A stretch of 64,000 nt of DNA. Source: an uncultured Rickettsiales bacterium. Its GTDB lineage: Bacteria; Myxococcota_A; UBA796; UBA9615. How positions within the stretch are numbered: position 1 is the stretch's first letter; the number at the start of each line of letters is the position of its first letter. Location of the stretch: positions 424 through 64,423 of the forward strand of contig CAZEKB010000033.1 in the NCBI GenBank assembly GCA_964512225.1, read 5' to 3'. The position numbers and the translations under genes are program-made. A model generated the notes under the pieces. It did not search any database. It was not told the origin of the DNA and saw only the letters and a list, made by a program, of their open reading frames with translations. Of the stretch, positions 19,216 to 29,846 are shown in pieces.

Positions 19216-20418
19216 TCAGAAGTCCAGCTGGAACTGCGTGCGGACCTGCACCGCGGTCTCGTCGCCGTCGGTGGTCTCGGTGATGACGGCGCCCGCGTCC
19301 GTCGCCCACTTCACGTTGTCCCCGAAGAAGTACACGGTCACGCCGCCCAGGAGCTCCGTCGTGTCGTTGTCCGCGCCCGGGGGGAGCAGGCGCGCGAACC
19401 GGAACACCGGCTGCACCATCCCCTTGATCGTGTAGCCGACCGAGGCGTGCACGCCGATGTTGCTGAGCGCGAGGTCGGTGAACTCCTCGCCGTCTTGGTC
19501 GGCGCGGACGTACACGGCGCCGTTGTGGGCGAAGCCCTTCGCCTTCACCGACCAGTCGACGTTGCCGCCCATGGAGGCGTCGTCGTCGTCGTCCGCGTCG
19601 AAGTTGATCCAGACGCCGCCGCCGACGCCCACGCCCGGCTCCGAGGTCTCGTGGTCGGACTCGGCGTACCCGTCGTGGCCGGGGGTGTGGACCCCGACGC
19701 GGGCGTTGAACAGCGGGTTGGGGAGGTCCGGGACGTTGCTGAACTTGCCCGAGTCGATCGTGCCCGCGCCGGTGAGCGGCGCGACCGTGACGTCGCCGGA
19801 CAGGCTCCCGGAGTCGCCGGTCCCGTTCCAGATGCCGACCGCGTACTCGATCGGCGCGGTCTTGTAGTCGCTCATGAGCATGATGCCGACGTCGCGGTCG
19901 AGGCCGAACGCCCCGTTCGTGATGCTGCGGTCGACCAGCTGCTGCTTGGTGCTGGACGCCAGCCCTTGGCGCGAGTTCGGCACCTTGAACTGCCCGAGGC
20001 GGACGATCGCCATCTCGTCGGCGCGCACGTCCACGTACGCGTCCTTGAGGTTCACGCCGCCCTTGCCGAAGTCGATCTGGAACTTGTACTTCAGGATCTC
20101 GTCGAAGGCGTGACCGCTGAACTTGAAGCGCACCCGCGGCAGGCTGAAGTTCGCCCCGTGCTCGCCCGCGTCGTTCACGTAGGTGAAGCGGAACTGCGCC
20201 CGGCCGCCGAGCTTGATCCCGAACCTGCCGTCCGGCGACGTGATGAAGAAGCCCTTCTCGAACCCGACCTTGGGAGGCGGCAGGGGCGCGGGGGCCTCCT
20301 CGGGCACGACCTCCACGGGCGGTCCCTCGTCGGGCTGCGGCGTGGGCTCGTCGGCCAGGGCGGGGGCTGCCAGGGCGGCCGTGAGCAGGACGGTGAGCGG
20401 CGTTCGGGCGAGCTTCAT
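19216..20418 (-). CDS. Phosphate-selective porin OprO/OprP family
   Basis: GF..TS.DG.F.I.LGGR.QFR, F...R.R....G, LKDAY, GQFKVP.SR..L.SS..Q..VDRS, RDVG; terminal Phe. Confidence 0.85.
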   Translation of the reverse strand: MKLARTPLTVLLTAALAAPALADEPTPQPDEGPPVEVVPEEAPAPLPPPKVGFEKGFFITSPDGRFGIKLGGRAQFRFTYVNDAGEHGANFSLPRVRFKFSGHAFDEILKYKFQIDFGKGGVNLKDAYVDVRADEMAIVRLGQFKVPNSRQGLASSTKQQLVDRSITNGAFGLDRDVGIMLMSDYKTAPIEYAVGIWNGTGDSGSLSGDVTVAPLTGAGTIDSGKFSNVPDLPNPLFNARVGVHTPGHDGYAESDHETSEPGVGVGGGVWINFDADDDDDASMGGNVDWSVKAKGFAHNGAVYVRADQDGEEFTDLALSNIGVHASVGYTIKGMVQPVFRFARLLPPGADNDTTELLGGVTVYFFGDNVKWATDAGAVITETTDGDETAVQVRTQFQLDF

Positions 20419-20440
20419 GGGCGAAGGGTGCGGGACGGAT

Positions 20441-20458
20441 GTGTCATCTCTGTGACGG
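20441..20458 (-). promoter_or_regulatory. Candidate Pho box
   Basis: Minus strand reads CCGTCAC-AGAG-ATGACAC, a degenerate CTGTCA(T/C)-N4-CTGTCA(T/C), just upstream of the porin start. Confidence 0.4.
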
Positions 20459-20561
20459 AGGGGGGACGATTTGGTCGTCACGCCGTACTTCGCGGCGACG
20501 CGCTCCTTCCTCGAGGACACGGCGCCCGCCTGCCTCGACCGAGATGCTCTAGGCTCCGGGC

Positions 20562-21272
20562 ATGCGCCGTCTCCCCTGTCTCGTCCCGATCCTCCTGGCC
20601 GGCTGCGTCGGCACCGTGTCCGTGGACGGCGACGCCGACTCCTTCGGGGCCGCGTCCTCCGGCTCCCTGCTGAAGGTGGACCTCTTCGACGACCACCTCG
20701 AGCTGTTCATGGTGTCGAGCAAGCCCGGCCTCTGCTCGAACATCCAGGACGCATACCCCGAGGCCATGGACGCGGTCGACCGGTGGGGTCTGGCGATCTT
20801 CGACGACGACGCCTGCGACACCCTGTGGGTCGACCTCGAGGAGGCCTGGGACTCGATGTTCCGGGGTGGCGCGAACTACCTCGTGATCAACCACGCCGAC
20901 GACCTCGGCGGCTTCGATCCGCCGGACGCGGGGACCCACGAGGTCGGCGACGGCGAGTGGGGCGTCACCCTCCACTACTTCGACGACAACCCCTACACCG
21001 TCCTGTCCGAAGGCGACGCGGGCTGCGACGTGCGGGACGAGGGCGAGCTCGTCACCCGCTACGTCGCGGACAGCGGCTCGCTCGAGGTCGCGGGGTCGGA
21101 CGACGACGGCTGGCGACTGGAGCTGGACGCGGCCCTCGAGGACGAGGGCGGCGACGACGCGGGCGACGCCGTCGGCAGCTTCGCGATGACGCCCTGCGAG
21201 GTCGATCTCTCGGACACGACCGCCGCGGAGTGGTTCACCGGGGGCGCGGCCACCCCCTGGCTGCTGGACTGA
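20562..21272 (+). CDS. Hypothetical lipoprotein
   Basis: LLAGC lipobox; acidic; codon usage typical of this genome. Confidence 0.7.
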   Translation: MRRLPCLVPILLAGCVGTVSVDGDADSFGAASSGSLLKVDLFDDHLELFMVSSKPGLCSNIQDAYPEAMDAVDRWGLAIFDDDACDTLWVDLEEAWDSMFRGGANYLVINHADDLGGFDPPDAGTHEVGDGEWGVTLHYFDDNPYTVLSEGDAGCDVRDEGELVTRYVADSGSLEVAGSDDDGWRLELDAALEDEGGDDAGDAVGSFAMTPCEVDLSDTTAAEWFTGGAATPWLLD

Positions 21273-21274
21273 CC

Positions 21275-21880
21275 GTGGCGCGCATCTCGCCCGCCCTCGC
21301 GATGACGGCGTTCATCTTCTTCTTCGCGGGGGCCTGCCCCGTCCCCGACGACGTCCCGGGGCCCCCGCCGGGGAACGAGGACGACTCCGCGGACGACGAC
21401 GACTCCGCGCCGTTGGACGACGACGACGCCGGGGGCGGAGACTGTCCGCTCGTGGACGTCGACGGCGAGACCGAGGACGTGCCCTGCGACTGGGAGAACG
21501 GGGGCGGCGACGTCTGGCAGGTGGTGGTGCCCGAGGGCTCCCGCCTGGACCTCACGATCGACACCGTGGCCGCGGACACGGCCTTCGATCCCCGCTTCGT
21601 CGTCCTCGACGCGATCGGCGGATACGTCACCACCGGCGACGACGAGTGCACCTGCGCCTTCGTCCCCCCCGGCGATTACGGCTGCCCCGTGGCCGATCAC
21701 ACCGCGCTCGACTTCACCGAGGCGCTGACGATCCACGTCGGGGCCTTCGTGGCCGAGGGGTGCGCGGGCGGTACGACGGGGACCTACGCGATCCGGGCGA
21801 CCGTCGACGACGAGGCCGTCGAGCTCCGGCTGATCCGGGACGACGAGCCCAACTACTACAACGATCGCTGGGAACGCTGA
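21275..21880 (+). CDS. Hypothetical lipoprotein with PPC-like domain
   Basis: AGAC lipobox; DDDDS linker; DTAFDP...V.D; GTG start inferred. Confidence 0.7.
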   Translation: MARISPALAMTAFIFFFAGACPVPDDVPGPPPGNEDDSADDDDSAPLDDDDAGGGDCPLVDVDGETEDVPCDWENGGGDVWQVVVPEGSRLDLTIDTVAADTAFDPRFVVLDAIGGYVTTGDDECTCAFVPPGDYGCPVADHTALDFTEALTIHVGAFVAEGCAGGTTGTYAIRATVDDEAVELRLIRDDEPNYYNDRWER

Positions 21881-21945
21881 GGTCGGATTACGAGACCGAC
21901 GCGGTGTACGTGTCCGAGATGCGGTGGCCGCCCGCGCCGCTGGGT

Positions 21946-24339
21946 ATGCTCCGCGGCGTGTTCGTCCGTTCCGCGTTCGCGCTGCTGCTCGCCATCGCCG
22001 CGGTCGGCTGCCCCGCCCCCGACCCCGGGGATCCGACCCCGCCCCTCGACGACGACGACGCGGTGGACGACGACGACGCCGGTCCCGTGCTCGAGGACTG
22101 CCCTCCCCCGGACGTCGTGGACCCGCCCCTCGACCCGGCCGACTGCAACGGAGACGGCGACCCGGACGCGGAGCAGCTCGCGGCGGGCGAGGCCTTCGAC
22201 TGCGACGGCGACGGGGTGCTCGACGAGTGCGAGGTGCTCGACGACGCCTGCGTCTCGTACGGGGCGCGCCGGTTCGTGGAGTACGACGCGGGCAACCTGC
22301 CGATCGTCCTGAGCGCCCCCCACGGCGGCCTGGTGGAGCCCGAGGACATCCCCGACCGGGCCGCGGCCACCGGAGCCCGCGACATCAATACGATCCAGCT
22401 CGCCCGGGCGATCGACGCGGCCCTCTTCGCGCGCACCGGCCGTCACGCTCACCTGATCGTGTGCCAGCTCCACCGCGACAAGATCGACTGCAATCGGTCG
22501 CTCGAGACGGCGCAGGACGGTCACCCCGAGACCGAGGCGGCCTGGTTCGAGTACCACGCGTTCATCGACGCCGCGAAGCGCGCCGCCGTCGCGCAGTACG
22601 GTCGGGCCCTGTACATCGACCTGCACGGCCTCGCGGCGAGCCGCGACAAGAACGAGATCGGCTACCTGCTCTACAAGGCGCAGCTCTACGAGCCCGACGA
22701 TCGGCTGGCGCACCCGGCCTACGTCCCGCGCGCGAGCATCCGCACCGCGGCCGAGGAGGGCGGCGACCTCGTCGAGCTCCTGCGCGGGATCACGTCCCTC
22801 GGCGCGGGGCTCCAGGCCGCCGGCTTCGACGCGGTCCCGAGCCCGGCGCACCCGGATCCCGGCTACGACGACGACGGGGAGCCGGGCAACTACTTCAACG
22901 GCGGCTACAACACGGGGCGCCACGGCTCGCGCGCCGGCGGGCCCGTGGACGGCCTGCAGATCGAGACGGTCTGGGGCGGCGTGCGGGACACCGAGGCGTC
23001 GCGCGCGGCCTTCGGGGGGGCGCTCGCGGACGCCGTCCTGGCGTGGCTCCCGACCCACCTGGCGGTCGACCCCGAGGCCGACGATCTCGTGAGCCTCGGG
23101 CCCGTCCGGGGGTGGGCGTCCGAGCGCGGCGGGACCGCCGAGATCGCGGTGCGTCGCCACGGTCGCCTGCAGCCCGCGACCGTCCAGCTGGGCTGGGGCG
23201 GCGACCTGACCGACCCGCCCTCCTCGGTGCCCTTCGCGGCGGGCGAGTCCGAGGTGGTCCTGGAGGTGGGCACGCCCGAAGACGGGGTCGAGGAGGGGCC
23301 CCGGGAGGCGCTCGTCGAGGTGCTCCCCGGCGCGGGCTACAACGTGGACCCCGAGGGCAGGAGCCGCACCATCCCCGTCGTCGACGCCGACCGGGCGGGC
23401 CTGTGGGTCGAGCCCTTCGCGGAGCTGCTCCCCGAAGGCACCGTCGGGGACGCCCGCTTCCGCCGGGACACCTGCGGGGACGTCGCCGAGGTGACGGTGG
23501 AGCACGACGGCGGGGCCGACCTCGACGTGACCGAGTCCGTCGTCTTCGACGCCGCGACGAGCGCGGGCTCCGTCGCGATCGCCGCAGTCGAGGACGGGGA
23601 AGGGGAGGCGGCCGAGCGCCCCACCGTGACCCTTCGGTTCGGGGAGCAGGCGATCGAGATCCCCCTGCGGGTGGTGGACGACGCTCCCGCCGTGCGCGGG
23701 CGCTGGGACGGCCGGATCGACGGGGCGCTCCTCCTGTCGTCGGCGCCCACGAACGTCGCCGCCGCGGTCCTGCCGACCGTCGCGGACGGCCCCCGCGCCG
23801 AGGAGGACGGGCCGTCGGGGACCTACCTGTCGTTCGACGGCGAAGACGACGTGGTGCTCGTGGACGACATCGCCCTCGACGGTCCCTTCACCGTCGCCTT
23901 CGCCTTCCGCGCGCACCCGGACCTGCCGGACCGCTTCGGGTACCTCTACGGTCACGGCAACGTGAACGGGCCGAACCACCTGAACGTCTACCTGCGCACG
24001 AACGGAGGGGTCCGAACCTCCCTGCGCGGGGCGGACGAGGCCTCCGACTTCGACGCCCTGGACGTGGCGGGGACCTTCCGCGACGCGCAGTGGCACCACT
24101 ACGCTGTCGTCGTGGATCCGGCCGCGCCCTCCGCGGTCGTGTACCTGGACGGAGTCGAGTCCGCCTCCGCCGCCCGGGGTGCCGCCCCGTTCGACCCGCC
24201 TCACCCGATCTTCCTGGGCGGTCGCTGGGACATGAACCCGGACCGCGACTACATCGGCGATCTGGACGACATCCTCGTCGTCCGTTCCGCCCTCACCGCG
24301 GCGGAGGTCTCGGCCCTCGCCACCCCCTTCGTCCCCTGA
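21946..24339 (+). CDS. Lipoprotein with N-formylglutamate amidohydrolase-like, Calx-beta-like and LamG domains
   Basis: PIVLSAPHGG, CNR, IDLHG, GLQIE; C-terminal FDG.DD.V, WHHYAVV, VYLDG, G.LDD; start uncertain (21919/21946). Confidence 0.8.
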   Translation: MLRGVFVRSAFALLLAIAAVGCPAPDPGDPTPPLDDDDAVDDDDAGPVLEDCPPPDVVDPPLDPADCNGDGDPDAEQLAAGEAFDCDGDGVLDECEVLDDACVSYGARRFVEYDAGNLPIVLSAPHGGLVEPEDIPDRAAATGARDINTIQLARAIDAALFARTGRHAHLIVCQLHRDKIDCNRSLETAQDGHPETEAAWFEYHAFIDAAKRAAVAQYGRALYIDLHGLAASRDKNEIGYLLYKAQLYEPDDRLAHPAYVPRASIRTAAEEGGDLVELLRGITSLGAGLQAAGFDAVPSPAHPDPGYDDDGEPGNYFNGGYNTGRHGSRAGGPVDGLQIETVWGGVRDTEASRAAFGGALADAVLAWLPTHLAVDPEADDLVSLGPVRGWASERGGTAEIAVRRHGRLQPATVQLGWGGDLTDPPSSVPFAAGESEVVLEVGTPEDGVEEGPREALVEVLPGAGYNVDPEGRSRTIPVVDADRAGLWVEPFAELLPEGTVGDARFRRDTCGDVAEVTVEHDGGADLDVTESVVFDAATSAGSVAIAAVEDGEGEAAERPTVTLRFGEQAIEIPLRVVDDAPAVRGRWDGRIDGALLLSSAPTNVAAAVLPTVADGPRAEEDGPSGTYLSFDGEDDVVLVDDIALDGPFTVAFAFRAHPDLPDRFGYLYGHGNVNGPNHLNVYLRTNGGVRTSLRGADEASDFDALDVAGTFRDAQWHHYAVVVDPAAPSAVVYLDGVESASAARGAAPFDPPHPIFLGGRWDMNPDRDYIGDLDDILVVRSALTAAEVSALATPFVP

Positions 24340-24350
24340 TTGGAGCCCCC

Positions 24351-25073
24351 ATGATCCGCTGCGTCTTCGTCGCCCTGCTGCTGCTCGTGCCCGCCTCCGC
24401 CCTCGCCGGCGGCGGGCCCGGCCCGGACCTCGACCTCGACATCGACCTCGAGCCCCCGACCGAGCAGGCGAACGTGAAGGACGTACAGCGCAAGACCGCG
24501 CAGGCCATGAACCCGCCCCTGAAGATCCTGCCCCTGGCGGCGGGGCTGCCGATGGCGATCGCGGGCATGTCCATCGCCAACACCTCCCCCCTCGCGTACG
24601 CCGACGGGTTCACGACGGTCTCGCCCAGCATGGCGGCGGCGGGCCTGGGCCTCATGGGCGGGTCCCTCGGCATGAACATCCTGCTCAACGGCCTCGCCCG
24701 CACCGCCCGGCTGTTCGGGGGGGGCGAGTGGCAGAAGGACATCGGCTTCTTCGCGGGCGGGATCGGAGCGGCCGCGGCGGGCCTCGCGCTCATCTCGGTC
24801 GGTACGAGCCACCGGCTGTTGATGCCCGACGGGTCGCGGCTCATCGCCAACCCCGGCCCCGTCGCGGGGATCCTCGTCGGGGGGTCCGTCGCCTGGACCG
24901 TCGGCAGCCTGCTCCTGATCGTGGACGCCTTCCGCACCGCCAAGGACAACGAGTCGCTGCTCGCGTCCACCCCCGCGCCGAGCGGCCCGCGGTTCGCGGG
25001 CGCCTGGATCGCGCCCACGGTGACGACGGACGGCGCCGCCGGCGCCGCGGCCTCAGTGGCGTTCGTCTGGTAG
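24351..25073 (+). CDS. Hypothetical exported/membrane protein
   Basis: Signal peptide and several Gly/Ala-rich hydrophobic helices. Confidence 0.65.
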   Translation: MIRCVFVALLLLVPASALAGGGPGPDLDLDIDLEPPTEQANVKDVQRKTAQAMNPPLKILPLAAGLPMAIAGMSIANTSPLAYADGFTTVSPSMAAAGLGLMGGSLGMNILLNGLARTARLFGGGEWQKDIGFFAGGIGAAAAGLALISVGTSHRLLMPDGSRLIANPGPVAGILVGGSVAWTVGSLLLIVDAFRTAKDNESLLASTPAPSGPRFAGAWIAPTVTTDGAAGAAASVAFVW

Positions 25074-26549
25074 CCCCAGGAGCCTCTCCACGTCCAGGTG
25101 GGCGCGGAGGTGGTGCGCGAGCGCGTCGTACTGGGACTGGCGCCACGCGTCGTGGGACTGCGTCGGGGCTTCCAGGGCCGCGTCCGGGCGGATCGAGGTC
25201 AGGTACGCGCGGGCGGCGGCGGGCTCGTCGAACAGCCCGTGCAGGTACGTCCCCGCGACCCGCCCGTCGGGGCTGATCGCCCCGTCCGGTCGCCCCTCGA
25301 TCTCCAGGAGCGGCTGCACGTCGCCCTTCGGCTCCGTCAGCCCCATGTGGATCTCGTAGCCCGTCACCGGGTGCTCCCCCCAGCGGCCCGCCACGCGCTT
25401 CGTCCGCTTGCGGCTCGCCATCGTCGTGCGCACCGGCAGCAGGCCCAGCCCCGCCGTCGCGCCGGGGCCGCCCTCGACCCCGTGGGGGTCGTCGATCCGC
25501 TCGCCCAGGATCTGGTAGCCGCCGCAGATGCCCAGGAGGCGTCCGCCCGCGGCGGCTCGGGCCGCCAGGCGGGTCCGCCACCCCACGCGCTCCATCCACG
25601 CGAGGTCCCCCCTCGTGTTCTTCGTGCCCGGGAGCACGACGAGGTCGTACGGGCTCAGGTCCCGCGGCTCGGCCAGGTAGTGCACGCGGGCCCCGTGGCG
25701 CTCGAGCGCCTCGAAGTCCGTGAAGTTGGCGATGTGGGGCAGGCGGAGGACCCCCACGTGCAGCCGCTCACGGTCCCGCGGGGCGGGCCCGTCCACCACG
25801 GCGTCCGCCTGGAGGCCGTCCTCGGGTTCGATCCGGATGTCCCGGGTCCACGGCACCACGCCCAGGATCGGCAGCCCCGTGCGCCGCTCCAGCCAGGCGC
25901 GGCCGTCCTCGAACAGGCTCGCGTCGCCCCGGAAGCGGTTGATGATCACGCCCTTCACGAGCTCTCGGTCCGCCTCGGGCATGACCTCGAGCGTGCCCAC
26001 GACCTGGGCGAAGACGCCCCCGCGTTGGATGTCGGCGACCAGGATCACCGCGGCGTCGGCGTGGTGCGCCACCGGCATGTTCACGAGGTCGCGGTCCCGC
26101 AGGTTCACCTCGGCGCACGACCCCGCCCCCTCGGCCACCACCAGCGCGTGAGTCGCGCGCAGTCGGTCCAGGGCCTCGAGCACCACCGCGCGGCGGCTCT
26201 CCATCCCCCCGGAGAAGTAGGCCTTCGCGGCCATGTCGCCCACGACCTCCCCGAGCAGCACCACCTGCGCGCCCACGTCCGTGTTCGGCTTCAACAGCAG
26301 CGGGTTCATGTCCACGTGGGGAGGCAGCCGACAGGCTTCGGCCTGCACGATCTGGGCGCGCCCCATCTCGCCCCCGTCGGGCGTGACGCCCGCGTTGTTG
26401 GACATGTTCTGGGCCTTGTAGGGAGCGACGTCCACGCCCGCTTGCAGGAACAGGCGGCACACGCCGGTGGCGATCCAGCTCTTGCCGACGTCGCTGCCGG
26501 TGCCGAAGACGCAGAGGACGGGCGCGAGGCCCTGTTCGGAGGCGCTCAG
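25053..26549 (-). CDS. cobQ: Cobyric acid synthase; start inferred at a CTG overlapping the upstream TGA
   Basis: GTGSDVGKS P-loop lies upstream of the ORF-track GTG; PYKAQNMS, EGAGS.AEVNL, NFTDF, LPGTKNT, GICGGYQ, GYEIH, GTYLHGLF. Confidence 0.92.
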   Translation of the reverse strand: MSASEQGLAPVLCVFGTGSDVGKSWIATGVCRLFLQAGVDVAPYKAQNMSNNAGVTPDGGEMGRAQIVQAEACRLPPHVDMNPLLLKPNTDVGAQVVLLGEVVGDMAAKAYFSGGMESRRAVVLEALDRLRATHALVVAEGAGSCAEVNLRDRDLVNMPVAHHADAAVILVADIQRGGVFAQVVGTLEVMPEADRELVKGVIINRFRGDASLFEDGRAWLERRTGLPILGVVPWTRDIRIEPEDGLQADAVVDGPAPRDRERLHVGVLRLPHIANFTDFEALERHGARVHYLAEPRDLSPYDLVVLPGTKNTRGDLAWMERVGWRTRLAARAAAGGRLLGICGGYQILGERIDDPHGVEGGPGATAGLGLLPVRTTMASRKRTKRVAGRWGEHPVTGYEIHMGLTEPKGDVQPLLEIEGRPDGAISPDGRVAGTYLHGLFDEPAAARAYLTSIRPDAALEAPTQSHDAWRQSQYDALAHHLRAHLDVERLLGLPDERH

Positions 26550-27475
26550 CGGCGGCGACGGATGCCGACGACGCCCAGCAGCGCCAGGAGGAGCGAGCCG
26601 CCCGCGCTGCCGCTCGAGGCGGCCGAGCAGGACGCGCCCCCGAAGGCCGTCGTGGTCTCGGCGGAGAAGCCGTTCGCCTCCACGGCGCCGTCGCCCTCGC
26701 CCACGGGCGCCTCGATCGCGGTGAGGTCGAGGTCACCGGGCATCGGCCACTCGTCGCTGTGGTCGGGGATGTCCGTCTCGAGCAGCTCGTCGGCGAGGTT
26801 GTACGCCTCCCCGTGGCCCACGTTCTCGGCGACCATCTCCAGGTGCCGGTCGAGCACGACGTACATCGGGATGCCGAAGGAGCCGGAGACGAAGCCGCGG
26901 ACGATGTCCTGGTTCGGGTCCTCGAGGACGGGGAAGTCGAGCTCGTAGGTCTCGGCCCACTGGTCCTTGCTGCCGTCGGTCAGCAGCTCCAGGAGCATGA
27001 AGCCGTCGTCACGTCGGTCGTTCCACTCGTCGTTGGCAGTCCGCGCCGCGGACTGACACGAGCCTCACCAATCTGCGCCGACGCCGATGACGACGACGTT
27101 CCCGTAGAACTCGTGCAGCGAGATCTCTTCGTTGTACTGGTCGACCCGCACGAAGTCCTCGAGGATCTGGCCGACGTCCGAGCCCTCGCCCTCCAGATCG
27201 CCGGGCCGCGCGTATCGGGGGTACTCGCCCGCCCGCGGGAAGTCGGCCTCGTCGTCCGGGTCGAAGTAGTTGAGGTACTCCTCCGAGTCCGAGAAGCCGT
27301 CGCCGTCGGTGTCGTCGCTCTCGGGGTCGGTGCCGATGGCGGCCTCGAACCGGTCGACCAGCTCGTCTCCGTCGGTGTCGGTCGTGGACTCGGCGGTCCC
27401 GGTGCAGCCGACCAGCAGGCCGGCGGCCGCGAGGCCGACCAGGGAGCGGAGGTTCAGGCGCGGGATGGGGCTCAT
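26546..27475 (-). CDS. Selenoprotein: redoxin/TlpA-like lipoprotein with UxxC (Sec137), TSP3-like repeats and MYXO-CTERM-like tail
   Basis: ORFs 27065..27511 and 26546..26998 share a frame and join through TGA 27065-27067, giving GADW-U-GSC; hairpin immediately 3'. Confidence 0.85.
27037..27055 (-). promoter_or_regulatory. Putative bacterial SECIS element
   Basis: CAGTCCGC-GGC-GCGGACTG, perfect 8-bp stem starting 9 nt after the UGA. Confidence 0.75.
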
Positions 27476-27584
27476 GCGCGTGATTCTGCCCGGTACGCGC
27501 GCGTTACGCACGCATTACCGAGGACTTACCCGAGAACGCCCGGCCCGAGACCACACTTCGAGGGCGCCCAGCAAGGAGACCCCC

Positions 27585-27869
27585 ATGAAGTTCCTCGTCC
27601 CCCTCTCCGTCCTCTGCTTCTGCCTCGCCGCCCCCGGCCCGGCCTTCGCGAACCCCGACGAGGACGAGCCCGTCGAGGCCCCGGAGTCCCGGGTCCGCTA
27701 CCAGAAGGTCACCGAGATCGACGGCGACGCCCTCGAGCTCACGGGCGCCGTCAAGGGCCCCCGCGGCGACATCATCTCCCTGCGCCGCAGCGCGCAGTTC
27801 CGGCCCCTCGTGCAGCTCCGCGAGCACTTCGACGTGGAGATGAAGGACTCGGCGAACGCGATCCGCTGA
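27585..27869 (+). CDS. CglF/GltF-like small secreted protein
   Basis: Signal peptide, then VRYQKVTEID...L.G....P.G......R...F..LV.LRE.F..EM..S, resembling myxobacterial CglF; good RBS (AAGGAG). Confidence 0.65.
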   Translation: MKFLVPLSVLCFCLAAPGPAFANPDEDEPVEAPESRVRYQKVTEIDGDALELTGAVKGPRGDIISLRRSAQFRPLVQLREHFDVEMKDSANAIR

Positions 27870-28669
27870 GCGGTCGGATATCCTGGGGCATCCCGCACGG
27901 GCCGGAGGAGGCCGGATGCCGAAGGTCAGCGTCTACCGCGGACGCAATCTGCTGTTCGAACATTGGATCGAGAAGGACGAGGTGGTGCTCGGCCGCGGCC
28001 AGGACGTCGACATCCCGCTCGACACGCAGATGGCCTCCCGGCGCCACTGCCGCATCGTCCGCAAGCAGAACTCCTGGATGCTCGAAGAGCTGGGCGCCAA
28101 GAACGGCCTGTTCGTCAACGGCCGGTACTGCAACGTGAAGCGCCTCGCGCACAACGATCGCATCGAGGTCGCCGACCTCATGATCGTGTTCCATCGGCCC
28201 AAGTCCGAGGCTCGCCGCGAGGCCGGCCTGCGCCGGGGCGACGCCAACGCCCAGTTCCGGCTCTCCCAGAAGGAGATCGAGCAGGCCGTGGTCGGCCGCC
28301 CGTCGGGCCCGATCAATCGCTCCGCCTTCTCCGGGGCGGACAACAACGCGCTCACCCAGGGCGTGACCCCGGAGCAGCTGGCCGAGCTCAAGCGCCAGAT
28401 GGAGGCGAAGCGGGACGCTCACCTCGAGTACACCGCCCCCAACGGGCGTCGGCTCCGGCTCGTCCTCAACAAGGACCGGTACGTCATCGGCTTCGAAGAC
28501 GGCTGCGACGTGGAGCTCGGCAAGCGCGTCTGGCCGTGGGGCAGGCGCGCCCTCGAGGTGGTCAAGCTGCCCAGCGGGGGCTTCCAGGCGAAGCGCCTGA
28601 GCCGCTGGGTCGGCATCAAGATCGGCGAAGAGAAGCTCTCCGAGGACTACACCTTGAAGGACAAGGACG

Positions 28670-29821
<1,152 letters not shown>

Positions 29822-29846
29822 GAGCGGCGTTGTACCCTCGGCCGCG

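Noticed and set aside
26546-27511. Two separate small genes or a nonsense pseudogene
   Set aside because: The TGA sits at the redox Cys position with a SECIS-like hairpin, so Sec readthrough explains it better
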